A DNA stretch of 64,000 nucleotides from Eledone cirrhosa (lineage: Eukaryota), in NCBI GenBank assembly GCA_964016885.1, contig OZ024757.1, positions 35,836,001-35,900,000 of the forward strand. Direction: 5' to 3'. Below, piece by piece: positions 52,608 to 64,000 of the stretch. How positions within the stretch are numbered: the stretch's first letter is position 1; the number at the start of each line of letters is the position of its first letter. The position numbers and the translations under genes were made by a program. The notes under the pieces are model-generated. The model was given only the letters and a program-made list of their open reading frames with translations. It was not told the origin of the DNA and did not search any database.

Positions 52608-53210
52608 TCATCATCATTTTATGTCCGCTTTTCCCTGCTTGCAAGGGTGGGATGGTTCCTCTTCAGTACAGCATCTCTCCATTCGTCACAGTCCTTCGTC
52701 ATCTCTGTGAGCTTCAGCGATCTGAGATCAGCTCTCACTACCTCCGCCCATGTTTTTCGTGGTCTTCCTCTACTGGGATTTCTTGGCACTTCTTTACCCA
52801 GCGGTCATCCTCCATGGGCATCACATGTCCTTACCATCGTAGTCTCCTCTCCTGCACACTACAGTTTATCCCTCTTGTATACAGTTTCTCAATCGTCTAT
52901 GCTTGGTCATTCACACTCATTGACATTGCACATGCAACAGAACATACTTGCTTCATTTCTCTCCAGCCATTGCATATCCTCAGCAGTTGCTGCCCATGTC
53001 TCACTACCATGCAGCATCGCGCATCTCACACAGGCATCATATAACCGACCTTTCGTTCGTAGGGAGAAACCCTTCTTTGTCAACAGAGGAAGCAGCTGTC
53101 TAAACCAATGCAGCCTTCTCTTCAAACTACCTCAGATTCCTCATAATCCCAGCTTCTCCCTCTCCCACATTGCACATCCAACAGAGCATGGTTGCTTCAT
53201 TTCTCTCCAG
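52608..53210 (-). mobile_element. RTE LINE fragment (related subfamily)
   Basis: FRQLLPLLTKKGFSLRTKGRLYDACVRCAMLHGSETWAATAEDM. Confidence 0.85.
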
Positions 53211-53211
53211 T

Positions 53212-53905
53212 TTCTGCAGTCACAGCCCATATTTCACTATCATGTAGTACCACATGTCCTCTGTGGTCACAGCCTATGTTTCACTACCCTGTAGCACCAC
53301 GTGTCCTCTGCAGTCAGCTGTGACTGTAGTACCATGTAGTACCGCGTGTCCTCTGTGGTCACAGCCCATATTTCACTACCATGTAGCACCACATGTCCTC
53401 TGCAGTCACAGCCCATATTTCACTACCATGTAGTACCACATGTCCTCTGTGGTCACAGCCCATATTTCACTACCATGTAGTACCGCGTGTCCTCTGCGGT
53501 CACAGCCCATGTTTCACTACCATGTAGTACCACATGTCCTCTGCAGTCACAGCCCATATTTCACTACCATGTAGTACCACATGTCCTCTGTGGTCACAGC
53601 CCATGTTTCACTACCATGTAGTACCACATGTCCTCTGTGGTCACAGCCCATATTTCACTACCATGTAGTACCGCGTGTCCTCTGCGGTCACAGCCCATGT
53701 TTCACTACCATGTAGTACCACATGTCCTCTGCGGTCACAGCCCATATTTCACTATCATGTAGTACATGTCCTCTGTGGTCACAGCCTATGTTTCACTACC
53801 CTGTAGTACCACGTGTCCTCTGCAGTCACAGCCCATGTTTCACTACCATGTAGCACCACATGTCCTCTGCAGTCACAGCCCATATTTCACTAGCCTGTAG
53901 TACCA
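53212..53905 (-). repeat. 47-bp minisatellite (~14 copies) derived from RTE coding sequence
   Basis: Unit reverse complement ctacatggtagtgaaatatgggctgtgaccacagaggacatg encodes the LHGSE(T/I)WAVT(A/T)EDM motif. Confidence 0.9.
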
Positions 53906-54011
53906 ATTGTGTCCATAGGCGGTATGCCAAGATGAGCACTCGGTGCTTATGGAGGCTTCCGATTCCACAGTCAAGATCGATTGTTCCCGCGAACTGATCA
54001 GCAGAGAAACA

Positions 54012-54350
54012 TATCATCATCATCATTTTACGTCCGCTTTTCCCTGCTCCCAAGGGTGGGACGGGAACTGATTCTGGCTTGACTTCTACAGCTGGATGCC
54101 CTTCCTAACACCAACCTCATTTACAGTGAGTGCTGGGTGCTTTTTTGCCATGGCACCTCCACGACCACTTTGCAGTGGAATGATATGGACCCCAGTCCCT
54201 ATCATCTCATTTCTACAGCTGAGTAAACTGGAGCAATGTGAAATAAAGTGTCTTGCTCAAGGAAACAACACATCACCCGGTCTGAGAATTGAACTCACAA
54301 CCTTTCGATTGCAAGGCCAATGCTCTAACCACTAAGCCATGTGCCTCCAT
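54012..54350 (-). mobile_element. SINE family A
   Basis: Reverse complement of the 21082 copy. Confidence 0.9.
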
Positions 54351-54467
54351 ATTAATTACATATTTAATTACATATGTAATATGTAATTAAATATGTATAT
54401 GATGCAACACTGATTATTTGTATGTATGTATGTGTGTGTGTGTCTGTATATATATATATATATATAT

Positions 54468-54726
54468 ATATCACAGAAAAAAAGAGAATCAGTGTTGCGA
54501 TGAATGGAATTTACTGGACATATTACAATCGTTTCTTTGGCAACCAGCGCGAGGCATGATCGATGTGATGATCGAACCTGACTCTGAAAATTGTAAGGTC
54601 CTCAGATACGTCTTGGTTCGATCACCATATCGATCATGCCTCGAGCTGGTCGCCAGAGAAACGATTGTAATATGTCCAATAAATTCCATTCGTCGCAACA
54701 CTGATTCTCTTTTTTTCCTGTGATAT
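54468..54726. repeat. long inverted repeat (~110-bp arms, 36-nt loop), pLTR-like
   Basis: 54468-54578 vs 54615-54726; (TA)n on both sides. Confidence 0.92.
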
Positions 54727-56420
54727 CATACTCTGCTCTACGAGGGCATTGAGTGCTCAAACGACCTACCGCATACGGACGCTTTAAGCCTCCAACACCA
54801 ATTATATATATATATATATAAATCAGACTAGTGCTTAGGAAGGACTGCAAAGAGAGAAGAGATTTTGTAGGTGTTGTTGTTGTTGTTGAAATTTGGTTAG
54901 TGGTGGAGGTGGAGTGTTGTTGCAAGTGCTAACAAATAGATAGAAAGATAACCAGTTTAGATAAGTGGCGATGGCTAGATACCCATTTAACTAGAACCTT
55001 TAAACATCCATTTAGAATTATATCATCATTTGTTGTTGTTTAGAGAAGCCCTCTCCAACCCCAACCCTTACCCTGTTGATCTGTGTGAACCAATGCGGTT
55101 CTCACTGTGACAACCCTTTCATCTTATATTTGATTCCCTTTCCTCCCAATGGAACATGGACTGAAAGGATCTACATTGTGCCTGATTGCAAACCCTGTCA
55201 CAGGCCTGCTCTCAAGACAAGCCCGTGTCTGTCAGTTCTTCCTCCACAGACCTTAACCAGTTCTTCCTCAACAGACCATAACTAGATCTTTGGACAACAT
55301 ATTTTGCTGTATATAATTATGGCCCTTTATGTTCTGAGTTCAAATCTAGCCAAGGTTAGCTTTACCTTTCATCCTTACGAGGCCGATAAAATAAAGTACC
55401 AGTAATGTACAGGGGATATTTTAATTGACTTTCTCCTCCCCTAAAATTGTTGGCCATTTGCCTAAATCAGATCCCATTTATTATTAAGTGTAGGGGTTCA
55501 GCAGAGTTGTTAGAATGTTAGATGAGGTCTGTATTGGTGCTAAACAACAAAAAACCCACATCTATATTACAACAGTAATAGGGTGTGGTTTGAGAGAGAT
55601 TTAGCTGCTATTTCTAGCAGGTCGAGCTGCTACAAAGAACCCTCATCAACAATGTTTATTGTATTGCAGTAGTAGTACTTATGGTGTTGTTACTGGTGGT
55701 AGTAGTAGTGGTGGATACACTACCATACTTGATGGCAGCAGTAGTAGTGGTAGTGGTGATGGTATTATTAGTAATAGTGGTGGTGATGGTTCTGCTGCTA
55801 CTGTTGTGGATGGCAGCAGTAGTAAAAATAGTTATGGTAGTGCTAATGCTGGTAGTAGTAGTAGTAGTACTTCTCAGTACCATTCTTGTTCTCACTTAAG
55901 TACTTCCTAAACAACACCATTTCTGAATGAATTCTATTTCTCTCTGTGTCTCCCCCTCCCCCTCCCTCTCTCTCTATATATGTCTCCCTCCCTTCCTCCC
56001 CCTCTCTCTCTCTCAAAATTCCAAGTGGTTTACCATTCTTCAAGTAACTTTCATCCTGTTCATTAAAAAATGTTTACACTTGACATGAAAAATTATTACG
56101 AAATAAAAATATACAATGGCAGAGCCCCAGTATGGCCTCAGCCTGTTGCCTGGAACACCAGAGTAATATTAGCTTTGTGTACCTTCCCTCTTCCCATCCT
56201 TTTTAAGATGATATTCTTATAACCACTCACCCAATCCTTCTTCCCACTACACCCCACCCTCCTGAAACACACACTCTCCGTCATTGTTTATTATTTTTCA
56301 AGATTTAAAAAATAATCTACAGATCTTGTTGAGATTTGGCTGCTATTTCTAGCAGGTTGAATGACCATGTAATGGTTCCCTTGTTGACTCCCAAAACAAA
56401 GATTTTTTACCACACCTAGT

Positions 56421-56915
56421 GGGAGGCTTGTGGCCTAGTGGTAAGGGTGTTGGACTTCGGATCATAATGTCATTGGTTTGATTGCTGCAGAGGGTTGTAT
56501 GGTGTGTTCTTGAGCAAAACACTTCATGTTGCTCCAGTGGTAAGAGTGGTGGACTTATGATCATTATGTTGCCTGGCAGTATCAGTAGAGGGTCGGACGC
56601 CATGCTTTCCAGCATAGTTACGTCCCTTTACGATCTGAGTTCAAATAAAGTACCAGTAATGCACTGGGAAATTTCTGGCCTTGTGCCTAAAGTAGAAACA
56701 ATTATGTTGCGGGTTTGATTCCTGGACTATACTTCATTTCATGTTACTCCACTATACTCAGCTGAAAATGAGTACCAGTAATACTTGAGGGTTTATCCCT
56801 GCGATGGACTATCATCCTATCCAGTCCTGTGGGTAGTCTTGTACTCTCAGTTGTTAATTGTTCCGGAAACCAGGATAAGCATCGGTCAGATGAGCCTCAT
56901 AGCCCGAGACAGACT
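56421..56915 (+). mobile_element. old tRNA-SINE with a Meta/V-domain-like body, interrupted by SINE B (56573-56700)
   Basis: tggcctagtggtaag head; ccctgcgatggactatcatcctatccag...ggaaaccaggataagc..gatgagcc body; TSD attatgttgc at 56563 and 56701. Confidence 0.65.
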
Positions 56916-57452
56916 AGCAACGTTACCTCCATTGCTCCGTAAATGATGAAAGTCTGTTGATGCCCCACAGAGGTCTGAAGGAACGAAGGAAGATGAAAGT
57001 TCTTGAAGTAATCAAACATTGTGTAACTTGGCTAATATAACGTGTGTAGAGGCTGTGATATGGTGTGTTGAGGCTGTGATATGGTGTGTAGAGGCTGACT
57101 CAATTAGAGAAACACATTTATCATATACTGACCAACATACTGCTTTAGTTCTTGATGAAGTCAGTCAAGGATATACCCAGGCAATAACAAACACTGGTGG
57201 ACAGCACTGGTGCCTATGTAGAAATTGTACTGTATTTCACAATTATACTGTTCAAAATAGTGTTTTATGAAAATCAACTGATAATTAATAAAATTATTAA
57301 CAATTTTAAACAGGGAGTTTTTTTCCATCTACCCTCTACAAATTTTCACAACAATCTGTCCACTAGTAAAGATATTATAAACATTTGGGTTATCAAACCA
57401 CATCAGCAAGACATTCTTGACAAGTGTAAAATAGCACTATGACTACATCACA

Positions 57453-58720
57453 ATTTTCAAAAAGGGAGACAAGAGAGATTGTCCCAATTATAGAGGGATC
57501 TCCTTGTTAAGCCTTTCTGGTAAAGTCTATGCTAAGTGTTTGACAAAGAGATGCAGGAAGATTGTCGAGTCCAAGCTAGCTGACGAACAGTGTAGGCTTG
57601 ACTCTGGATGCAGTACAACCGACCAAATATTCACACTGCAGCAGGTATTCAAGAAATCATAGGAGTATTGCCAAGAAGTATATTTTTGTTTTGTAGACCT
57701 GGAGAAGGCACATGACCGTGTTCCATGGGACCTGCTGTGGAAGGCTGTGCAGGAGTAAAGGGTCTATGGTCAGCTTCTTACTGCCTGATATCTATACAAA
57801 TTCCCGAGTATTTGTGATCAGATAAATGGTGCTAAATTTAAACCATCCAATGTGGGAGTCAGACTCTTGTCAAGGGTGTGTACTGTCACTCCTCCTGTTC
57901 ATTACCTGCAGCCAGGTTCGAAGTGGTATCATGACTGGTGAGTGTAAAATCAGCTGCCTGGAATTTGCAGACGACATGGTGTTACTTAAGTCGACACAAG
58001 GTGATCTCTGACTTGCACTCAATAGGTTTGATGCCAAGTGCTGGATGACTAGAAAGAAAATCTGATACAGAAACTGAGACACTATTCCTCTCAAGGAAGC
58101 CTACACAGTGCACTCTACATATGGATGGAGTTCCACTGAAGCAGGTGGAGAAGTTCAAGTATCTCAGGCCATGTTCACGAGTGATGAAAGGCAGGAGGCT
58201 TAATTTGGTGCAGTAATGTGCCAGCTTTAGCATTCAGTAATCAAAAGGGAGGTAGGTTTAAATGCCAAACTTTCTATCTTCAATTCAGTATTCGTGCCAA
58301 CCCTTACCTATGGTCACGAATCTTGGGTAATGACAGAAAGAATACGATCACGCATACAAGCAGCTGAAATGGGATTCCTCTGAAGTGTCTTTGGAGTAAC
58401 GTTATTTGATAAAGTGCATAGCTCAGAGATCAGGGAGTCACTCCAGGTAGAGCCGCTACTTCTCCAAATTGAGAGATCATAGCTCCTATATTATGGACAT
58501 GTGGTTAGATTGTTTGAAGAAAGAATCGCTGGACAGATTTTATGGACAAAACAAGGGGTAGACCTTGAGCAAGATGGTTGGATAACATCCACGAGCTTCG
58601 TTGGTCTCACTTAGGGATCCAGCTGGATCAATTGGAGACAGTTGCTTCTGAAGGACCTGTTGGAGGGAGTGTTTAATGACTCTGCCGCCACGACCTCCTC
58701 AGGAATAAGTGGGTGAAGAA
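57453..58720 (+). mobile_element. RTE LINE family 2, decayed RT with a 12-bp TSD
   Basis: IFKKGDKRDCPNYRGISLLS...FVDLEKAHDRVP...FADDMVLL...YGHESW; gactacatcaca at 57441 and 58721. Confidence 0.9.
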
Positions 58721-58899
58721 GACTACATCACATTAAAAATTAAAACTTTTAGTTTACTACAAATTTTCACAACAATCTCTCTACCAGGTAAGATACTATA
58801 AACATTTGACTTAACAAACCACATTAACAGTACATTTTCTAGAAGTACAGAACAGCTCTATGACTACATCACGTTAAAAATTGAAGTCCTTAATCTAAT

Positions 58900-59785
58900 A
58901 CAGCAATGGGCACACTGTGGCCTGTGAGCCATATGTGATCCATTTGGCTCTCTGAATGGCACACCTAATTTCAAAATTGCCTTGAAATGTTAAGTTGTGT
59001 GGTCACCTTATGATGAGCCACATCCTATGTGGCCTGTCTTATGAAGAACCACATCCTATGTGGCCTGTCTTATGAAGAACCACATCCTATGTGGCCTGTC
59101 TTATGAAGAACCACATCCTATGTGGCCTGTCTTATGATGAACCACATCCTATGTGGCCTGTCTTATGATGAGCCACATCCTATGTGGCCTGTCTTATGAT
59201 GAGCCACATCCTATGTGGCCTGTCTTATGATGAGCCACATCCTATGTGGCCTGTCTTATGATGAACCACATCCTATGTGGCCTGTCTTATGATGAGCCAC
59301 ATCCTATGTGGCCTGTCTTATGAAGAACCACATCCTATGTGGCCTGTCTTATGATGAACCACATCCTATGTGGCCTGTCTTATGATGAACCACATCCTAT
59401 GTGGCCTGTCTTATGATGAACCACATCCTATGTGGCCTGTCTTATGATGAGCCACATCCTATGTGGCCTGTCTTATGATGAACCACATCCTATGTGGCCT
59501 GTCTTATGATGAACCACATCCTATGTGGCCTGTCTTATGAAGAACCACATCCTATGTGGCCTGTCTTATGAAGAACCACATCCTATGTGGCCTGTCTTAT
59601 GAAGAACCACATCCTATGTGGCCTGTCTTATGAAGAACCACATCCTACGTGGCCTGTCTTATGAAGAACCACATCCTATGTGGCCTGTCTTATGAAGAAC
59701 CACATCCTACGTGGCCTGTCTTATGAAGAACCACATCCTATGTGGCCTGTCTTATGAAGAACCACATCCTATGTGCCTGATCTAA
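58900..59785 (+). repeat. 31-bp hairpin minisatellite (~24 copies) inside a hAT-type MITE
   Basis: Unit (a/g)ccacatcctatgtggcctgtcttatga(t/a)ga; MITE start cagcaatgggcacactgtggcc; tctaata on both flanks. Confidence 0.9.
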
Positions 59786-61227
59786 TATATCAAATGTTCA
59801 CAACAATCTGTCCACTAGTAAAGATAATATACCATTTCAATTAAGAAACCACATTAGCAAGACATTCATCAAAAGTACAACACTGTGCTATGACTGCATC
59901 ACATTAGAAATGGAAGTCTTTATTCTAACACTGTTCACTAGTAAAGATACTATAAATATTTGAATTAACAAACCTATTTTTAGATAATTTCTGCTAAATC
60001 CTTACAAGATACTAGCGTGGAAGATAGACGTTAAACGATGATGATGAAGGTAGTGAGTGATTTGAGGGAGATTGTGTTGCTATTTCTAGCAGGTTGAGCA
60101 GTTGTGTAGAAGTTTACACACTTGATGGTGTCCATCCAAAATCCTAAAACACCTGAGAGAAGCCTTAGATTTGTGGATGTGGGGCTTAGAAAGAAAAAAA
60201 AACCCTGGAGTTGGATGTGACATGTACTGCTACTCTCTCTCTTTCTCTCTATTAGTGGTAGCAATTCAAAATTGGGTCATAGATGCAGCTCTCCCTCTCA
60301 CTAGCCCTGAGTACTTCTACAGAAATGGTGCTCCCTCTCTCTCAGAACTTTCTCCCCCTCCCAGGACGAGGGATGGTGGGGAGGTCTGTCTTCACAAGGG
60401 TGCTTGCTTTCCCTGCCACCTCAACTTCTACAGACATGCTTCTCTCTCTCTCTAAACATCATAACCACCCACTCCTGTCTACTACTCTGGGATGTATGCT
60501 TATCTCCACCCTTATTTCTCTCAGAACTTCCACAGACACCTCTCTCTCTCTCTCTCTCTCTCTGTCACTCACTCTCTCTCTCTGAATCTCTTTTACTCTC
60601 TCTACCCACCCTCAGAACACCCTGGCTGTCTAACTCTTCCAGGCTTGCCCCCCCCCCCCCCCACCTTCCTCATCAGATCTTCCATTCCACCACCACTGTT
60701 ACTCACCTCCCTCGTCAGATCTTCCACTCCACCTCTGCCCCCCCCCCCCCCCGCTGTTACTCAACCCCACCTTACCAGACCCCCCTCCGTCAGTTACCCC
60801 CCTCTCCCCACAACTCTCAAGTAGACACAAGTGAAGCTATTTAACACAAAGTTGGAGACACTTCGTTATTCTTTTCTGTCTTATTTTATTTTATTTTCAA
60901 AAATATTTTCATAATCTAATTTAGTTTAAATTGGAGGAGTAGGACAGAGAGGGGGAGGGTGTTGGAAATGAGAGTAAGATTTTAAGTTGGGTTGGGGGTA
61001 TGGTTGGAGTGTAACATGCATGAATCAGATGGGGGGGGAGGTAGTGTGGAGGTGGAGCAGGAGGGGTGTTTAACACTATTGAAAGTCAGTGGGTGTTGGT
61101 CTATTGGTTGTGAGTGTATGGGTGCCGTGTGTGAGGGGGTCATGAAGGGCGTCCAACTGCAGAGAAACTGCCTCAAAAACTCTTGTCCAACCTAAGCCGG
61201 CATAGAAAAAAGTGTATATATATATAT

Positions 61228-61524
61228 ATGGAGGCACATGGCTTAGTGGTTAGGGCATTGGCCTAACAACTCAGGTGATGTGTTGTTTCCTTGAGCAAGA
61301 CACTTTATTTCACATTTCTCCAGTTTACTCAGCTGTAGAAATGAGATGATAGGGACTGGGGTCCCTATCATTCCATTGCAAAGTGGACGTGGAGGTGCCA
61401 CGGCAAAAAAACACCCAGCACTCACAGTAAATGAGGTTGGTGTTAGGAAGGGCATCCAGCTGTAGAAGTCAAGCCAGAATCAGTTCCCATCCCACCCTTG
61501 CAAGCAGGGAAAAGCGGACGTAAA

Positions 61525-61555
<31 letters not shown>
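61228..61555 (+). mobile_element. SINE family A with a head deletion
   Basis: Matches the 21082 copy but lacks the B-box region. Confidence 0.85.
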
Positions 61556-61556
<1 letters not shown>

Positions 61557-62372
61557 ATATATATAGAGAGAGAGAGAGATGTAAAATTGATATATATATA
61601 TAAACACACACACACACACACACACATACATACATACACACACACATATACACATATAGTACGAGAATATATGAGACAACTTCAGAGATGTAAAAGCAGA
61701 GTTTTATTAGGTTCATGCTTCACCGTATTGGACTTAGGTCTTTTGCCAGGAATATATATATCTCACTCTGTAAATGGGGTTACCCTCCCCATAACGGGAC
61801 CACCCAGTTCCACGCTGTAAATATGGTTGGCCAACTGGCCAGACCCCCCCCCCCCCCCCCAACGGGACCGTCCAGTTCCACGCTGTAAATGTGGTTGGCC
61901 AACTGGACTGACCCTCGCCATAACGGGACCACCCAGTTCCACTCTGTAAATGTGGTTGGTGTTAGGAAGGACTCTAGCAGCTGTATGAACCAAGGCAAAG
62001 TCCTCTATGAGCAAGCTATGGCGCGGCCAACTGGCCAGACTTGCCTCATAAGGGTAAACATCTAGTTACATACTGTAAATATGGTTGCTGTTAGGAAGGA
62101 CATCCAGCAATAAAAAAAAAAAACTGGCCAAAATACAGTCCAGTTTCAGCAAGGTACAGTGTGGTCAAATGGCCAGACATGCCTCATAGTGTGGATGACC
62201 CATCTGACCCATGCAAGCATGGAAAATAAGATGTTAAATAGTGATGATATATATACACACACACACACACACACAGTACTGACTTAGTCCATATAGACCC
62301 ATCCAACCATAGCTAGCAAGGAAAGTGGATGTTAAACAATGACAATGATATATATATATATATATATATATA

Positions 62373-63340
62373 TATCTTTGCTTCCAGATACAGGAAGTCC
62401 TCAACCAATTCTAGCGACTTCCCACCTACATTAGTAATCTTCTTTGGCTTCTTAATATTCTCTACCAGATACTTCGTCTTAATCTCATTCATTCTCAGCC
62501 CCACATTCATCGATACAGTCTCCACCTTCTGCATCAACTCCTCTGCCTCCTTCACTGTGTTTGTCACCAGAACTATGTCGTCAGTAAATCCAGCATCTGA
62601 TATCTTTTTCGCCTTAATTCTCCTGCTCTGAGCCAGTGCTACAGTAAAGCCAGAGTTCTGGTGTTTCTCCAGTGCAAAGTGCATACAATAGTCCACTACG
62701 ATGATGAAAAGGTAGGGAGCCAAAGTATCTCCCTGGAGCACTCCAGCCAGTATCTCAAAGAACTCCGTCATCCCATTAGGTGTAATGACTTGGGTTCTGG
62801 TGTTGGTGTAGAGCAGTGACATCAGGTCCACTATATTCTTGGGGATTCCATAAGCCTGTAAGATCTTCATCAGACAGTGACGGTCCATAGAATCAAAGGC
62901 CTTCCTAAAGTCAATGAAAAGAATGACAGCAGGAAGGTTCTTCGCTCTAGCGATTGGGAACACAGAGGATGATGTGGTGGAGAGGAAGAGCAAAACCTTG
63001 CCGATGTGTCACTGTTTGAGGTTGGTGTTGAAGTTGGACCTTCGTAAAGACCTAAAGATTCGTCTCTTTGTTGCTGCAGTGGAGTCTGTGGTACTGAACG
63101 GGTCTGAGACTTTGACTCTGACCAAGAGACTCACTCAGATGGTAGATGGGTGTTACATGAGGATGCTGGGGATGGCTCTGAACATTAAGCAGTATACACT
63201 GAGGATGAAGAATTCAGAGCTGTACAGGAGACACCCAAAACTCAGCTTGAAAGTAACACAGAGGAGACTGAAGTTAGCTGGACATGCTCACCGACATTCA
63301 GTGCTGACATTGGAGTCCTATGGGAGACCCTATACGTACA
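62373..63340. mobile_element. RTE-group LINE with an inverted 5' segment (- 62373-62951, + 62952-63340)
   Basis: Minus: FIDFRKAFDS..GVLQGDTLAPYLF..FTDD..FLYLEAK. Plus: IGNTEDDV..LRKDLKIRLF..GSETL..RRLKLAGH. Confidence 0.88.
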
Positions 63341-64000
63341 TACTGAAAAAGAAGGCTTTGTTGATGCAGTATATTTACAGGAGGACTGATCTTAGTAAAA
63401 ATTTGCATTAATCTAAATTAATGAGTTTTTAATGTGATGCTGTCACAATGATGTTTTGTACTTTTCCCGAACGTTGTGCTAATGTAGTTTCATGTGGTTT
63501 GTTAATTCGAATATGAGAGTCATAGTGCTGTTCTAAATCTTTATAGTATCTTCACTAGTGAACAGATTGTTGTGAACATTTGCAGTATCATAGTAAAGAC
63601 TTAATTATTTTATGTGGCATTATTATAGTATTGGATGTTGTTTTATACTCTTTGAGAATGTCTTACTAATGTGGTTTCATGTGGTACAGGAAATTAAGGA
63701 AGAGTGAAGTAAGTTTACAGAGAACTAGAAGGTTATATGGTTAAAAGTTAATAAATTTTTTTTTTTTTTTTTGTTAGAAATGAACAATGAAGTGAAGTTT
63801 TATTCCTTTCACAGAATTAAAGAAGGGTTTTTAGGCCGGGTTTTTTTTTTGTTGCATTTTTGTTTTCATCGTTACATATAGATAGGTTTTAGAAAACTAT
63901 CATAATAACTCCTATTATTTCAGACCTATGTTATTGTATTTTGGTTAATTTAACAAACGAGATTAATTTTAGATAATTAATCCCCATTGTTTTATTCAAA

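Noticed and set aside
28357-59775. CRISPR-like appearance of the 31-62-bp tandem arrays
   Set aside because: Units are head-to-tail with no unique spacers, there are no cas genes, and the context is eukaryotic.
60260-60420. Possible LINE APE endonuclease remnant (RDGGEVCL)
   Set aside because: Too degenerate to support without a profile search.

Overview
AT-rich eukaryotic genomic DNA, most likely an octopus or other coleoid cephalopod. This is inferred from the [10 protein letters not shown]-type C2H2 gene, the tRNA-SINE/RTE repertoire and very long (TA)n/(TATG)n tracts. Two host genes are recognisable: a single-coding-exon 13-finger C2H2 zinc-finger gene (2756-3988, +) and coding exon 1 of a Vav-family GEF (11340-11552, +). 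I could not find Vav exon 2, so the remaining ~52 kb is probably Vav intron 1. That intron is packed with RTE LINEs (one family carries a PHD finger inside the RT), SINEs, CRE-like and hAT relics, and TE-derived minisatellites; a CR1 fragment lies upstream of Vav. The most notable signal is a set of about 9 type I hammerhead-ribozyme motifs in at least three sequence families, plus several decayed ones. They show covarying stems, mostly sit in head-to-head palindromic units next to (TA)n tracts, and co-occur with a Penelope GIY-YIG relic and about 10 long inverted repeats. Nearly all YIYI/CVCV/LSLS ORFs in the track are microsatellite artefacts.
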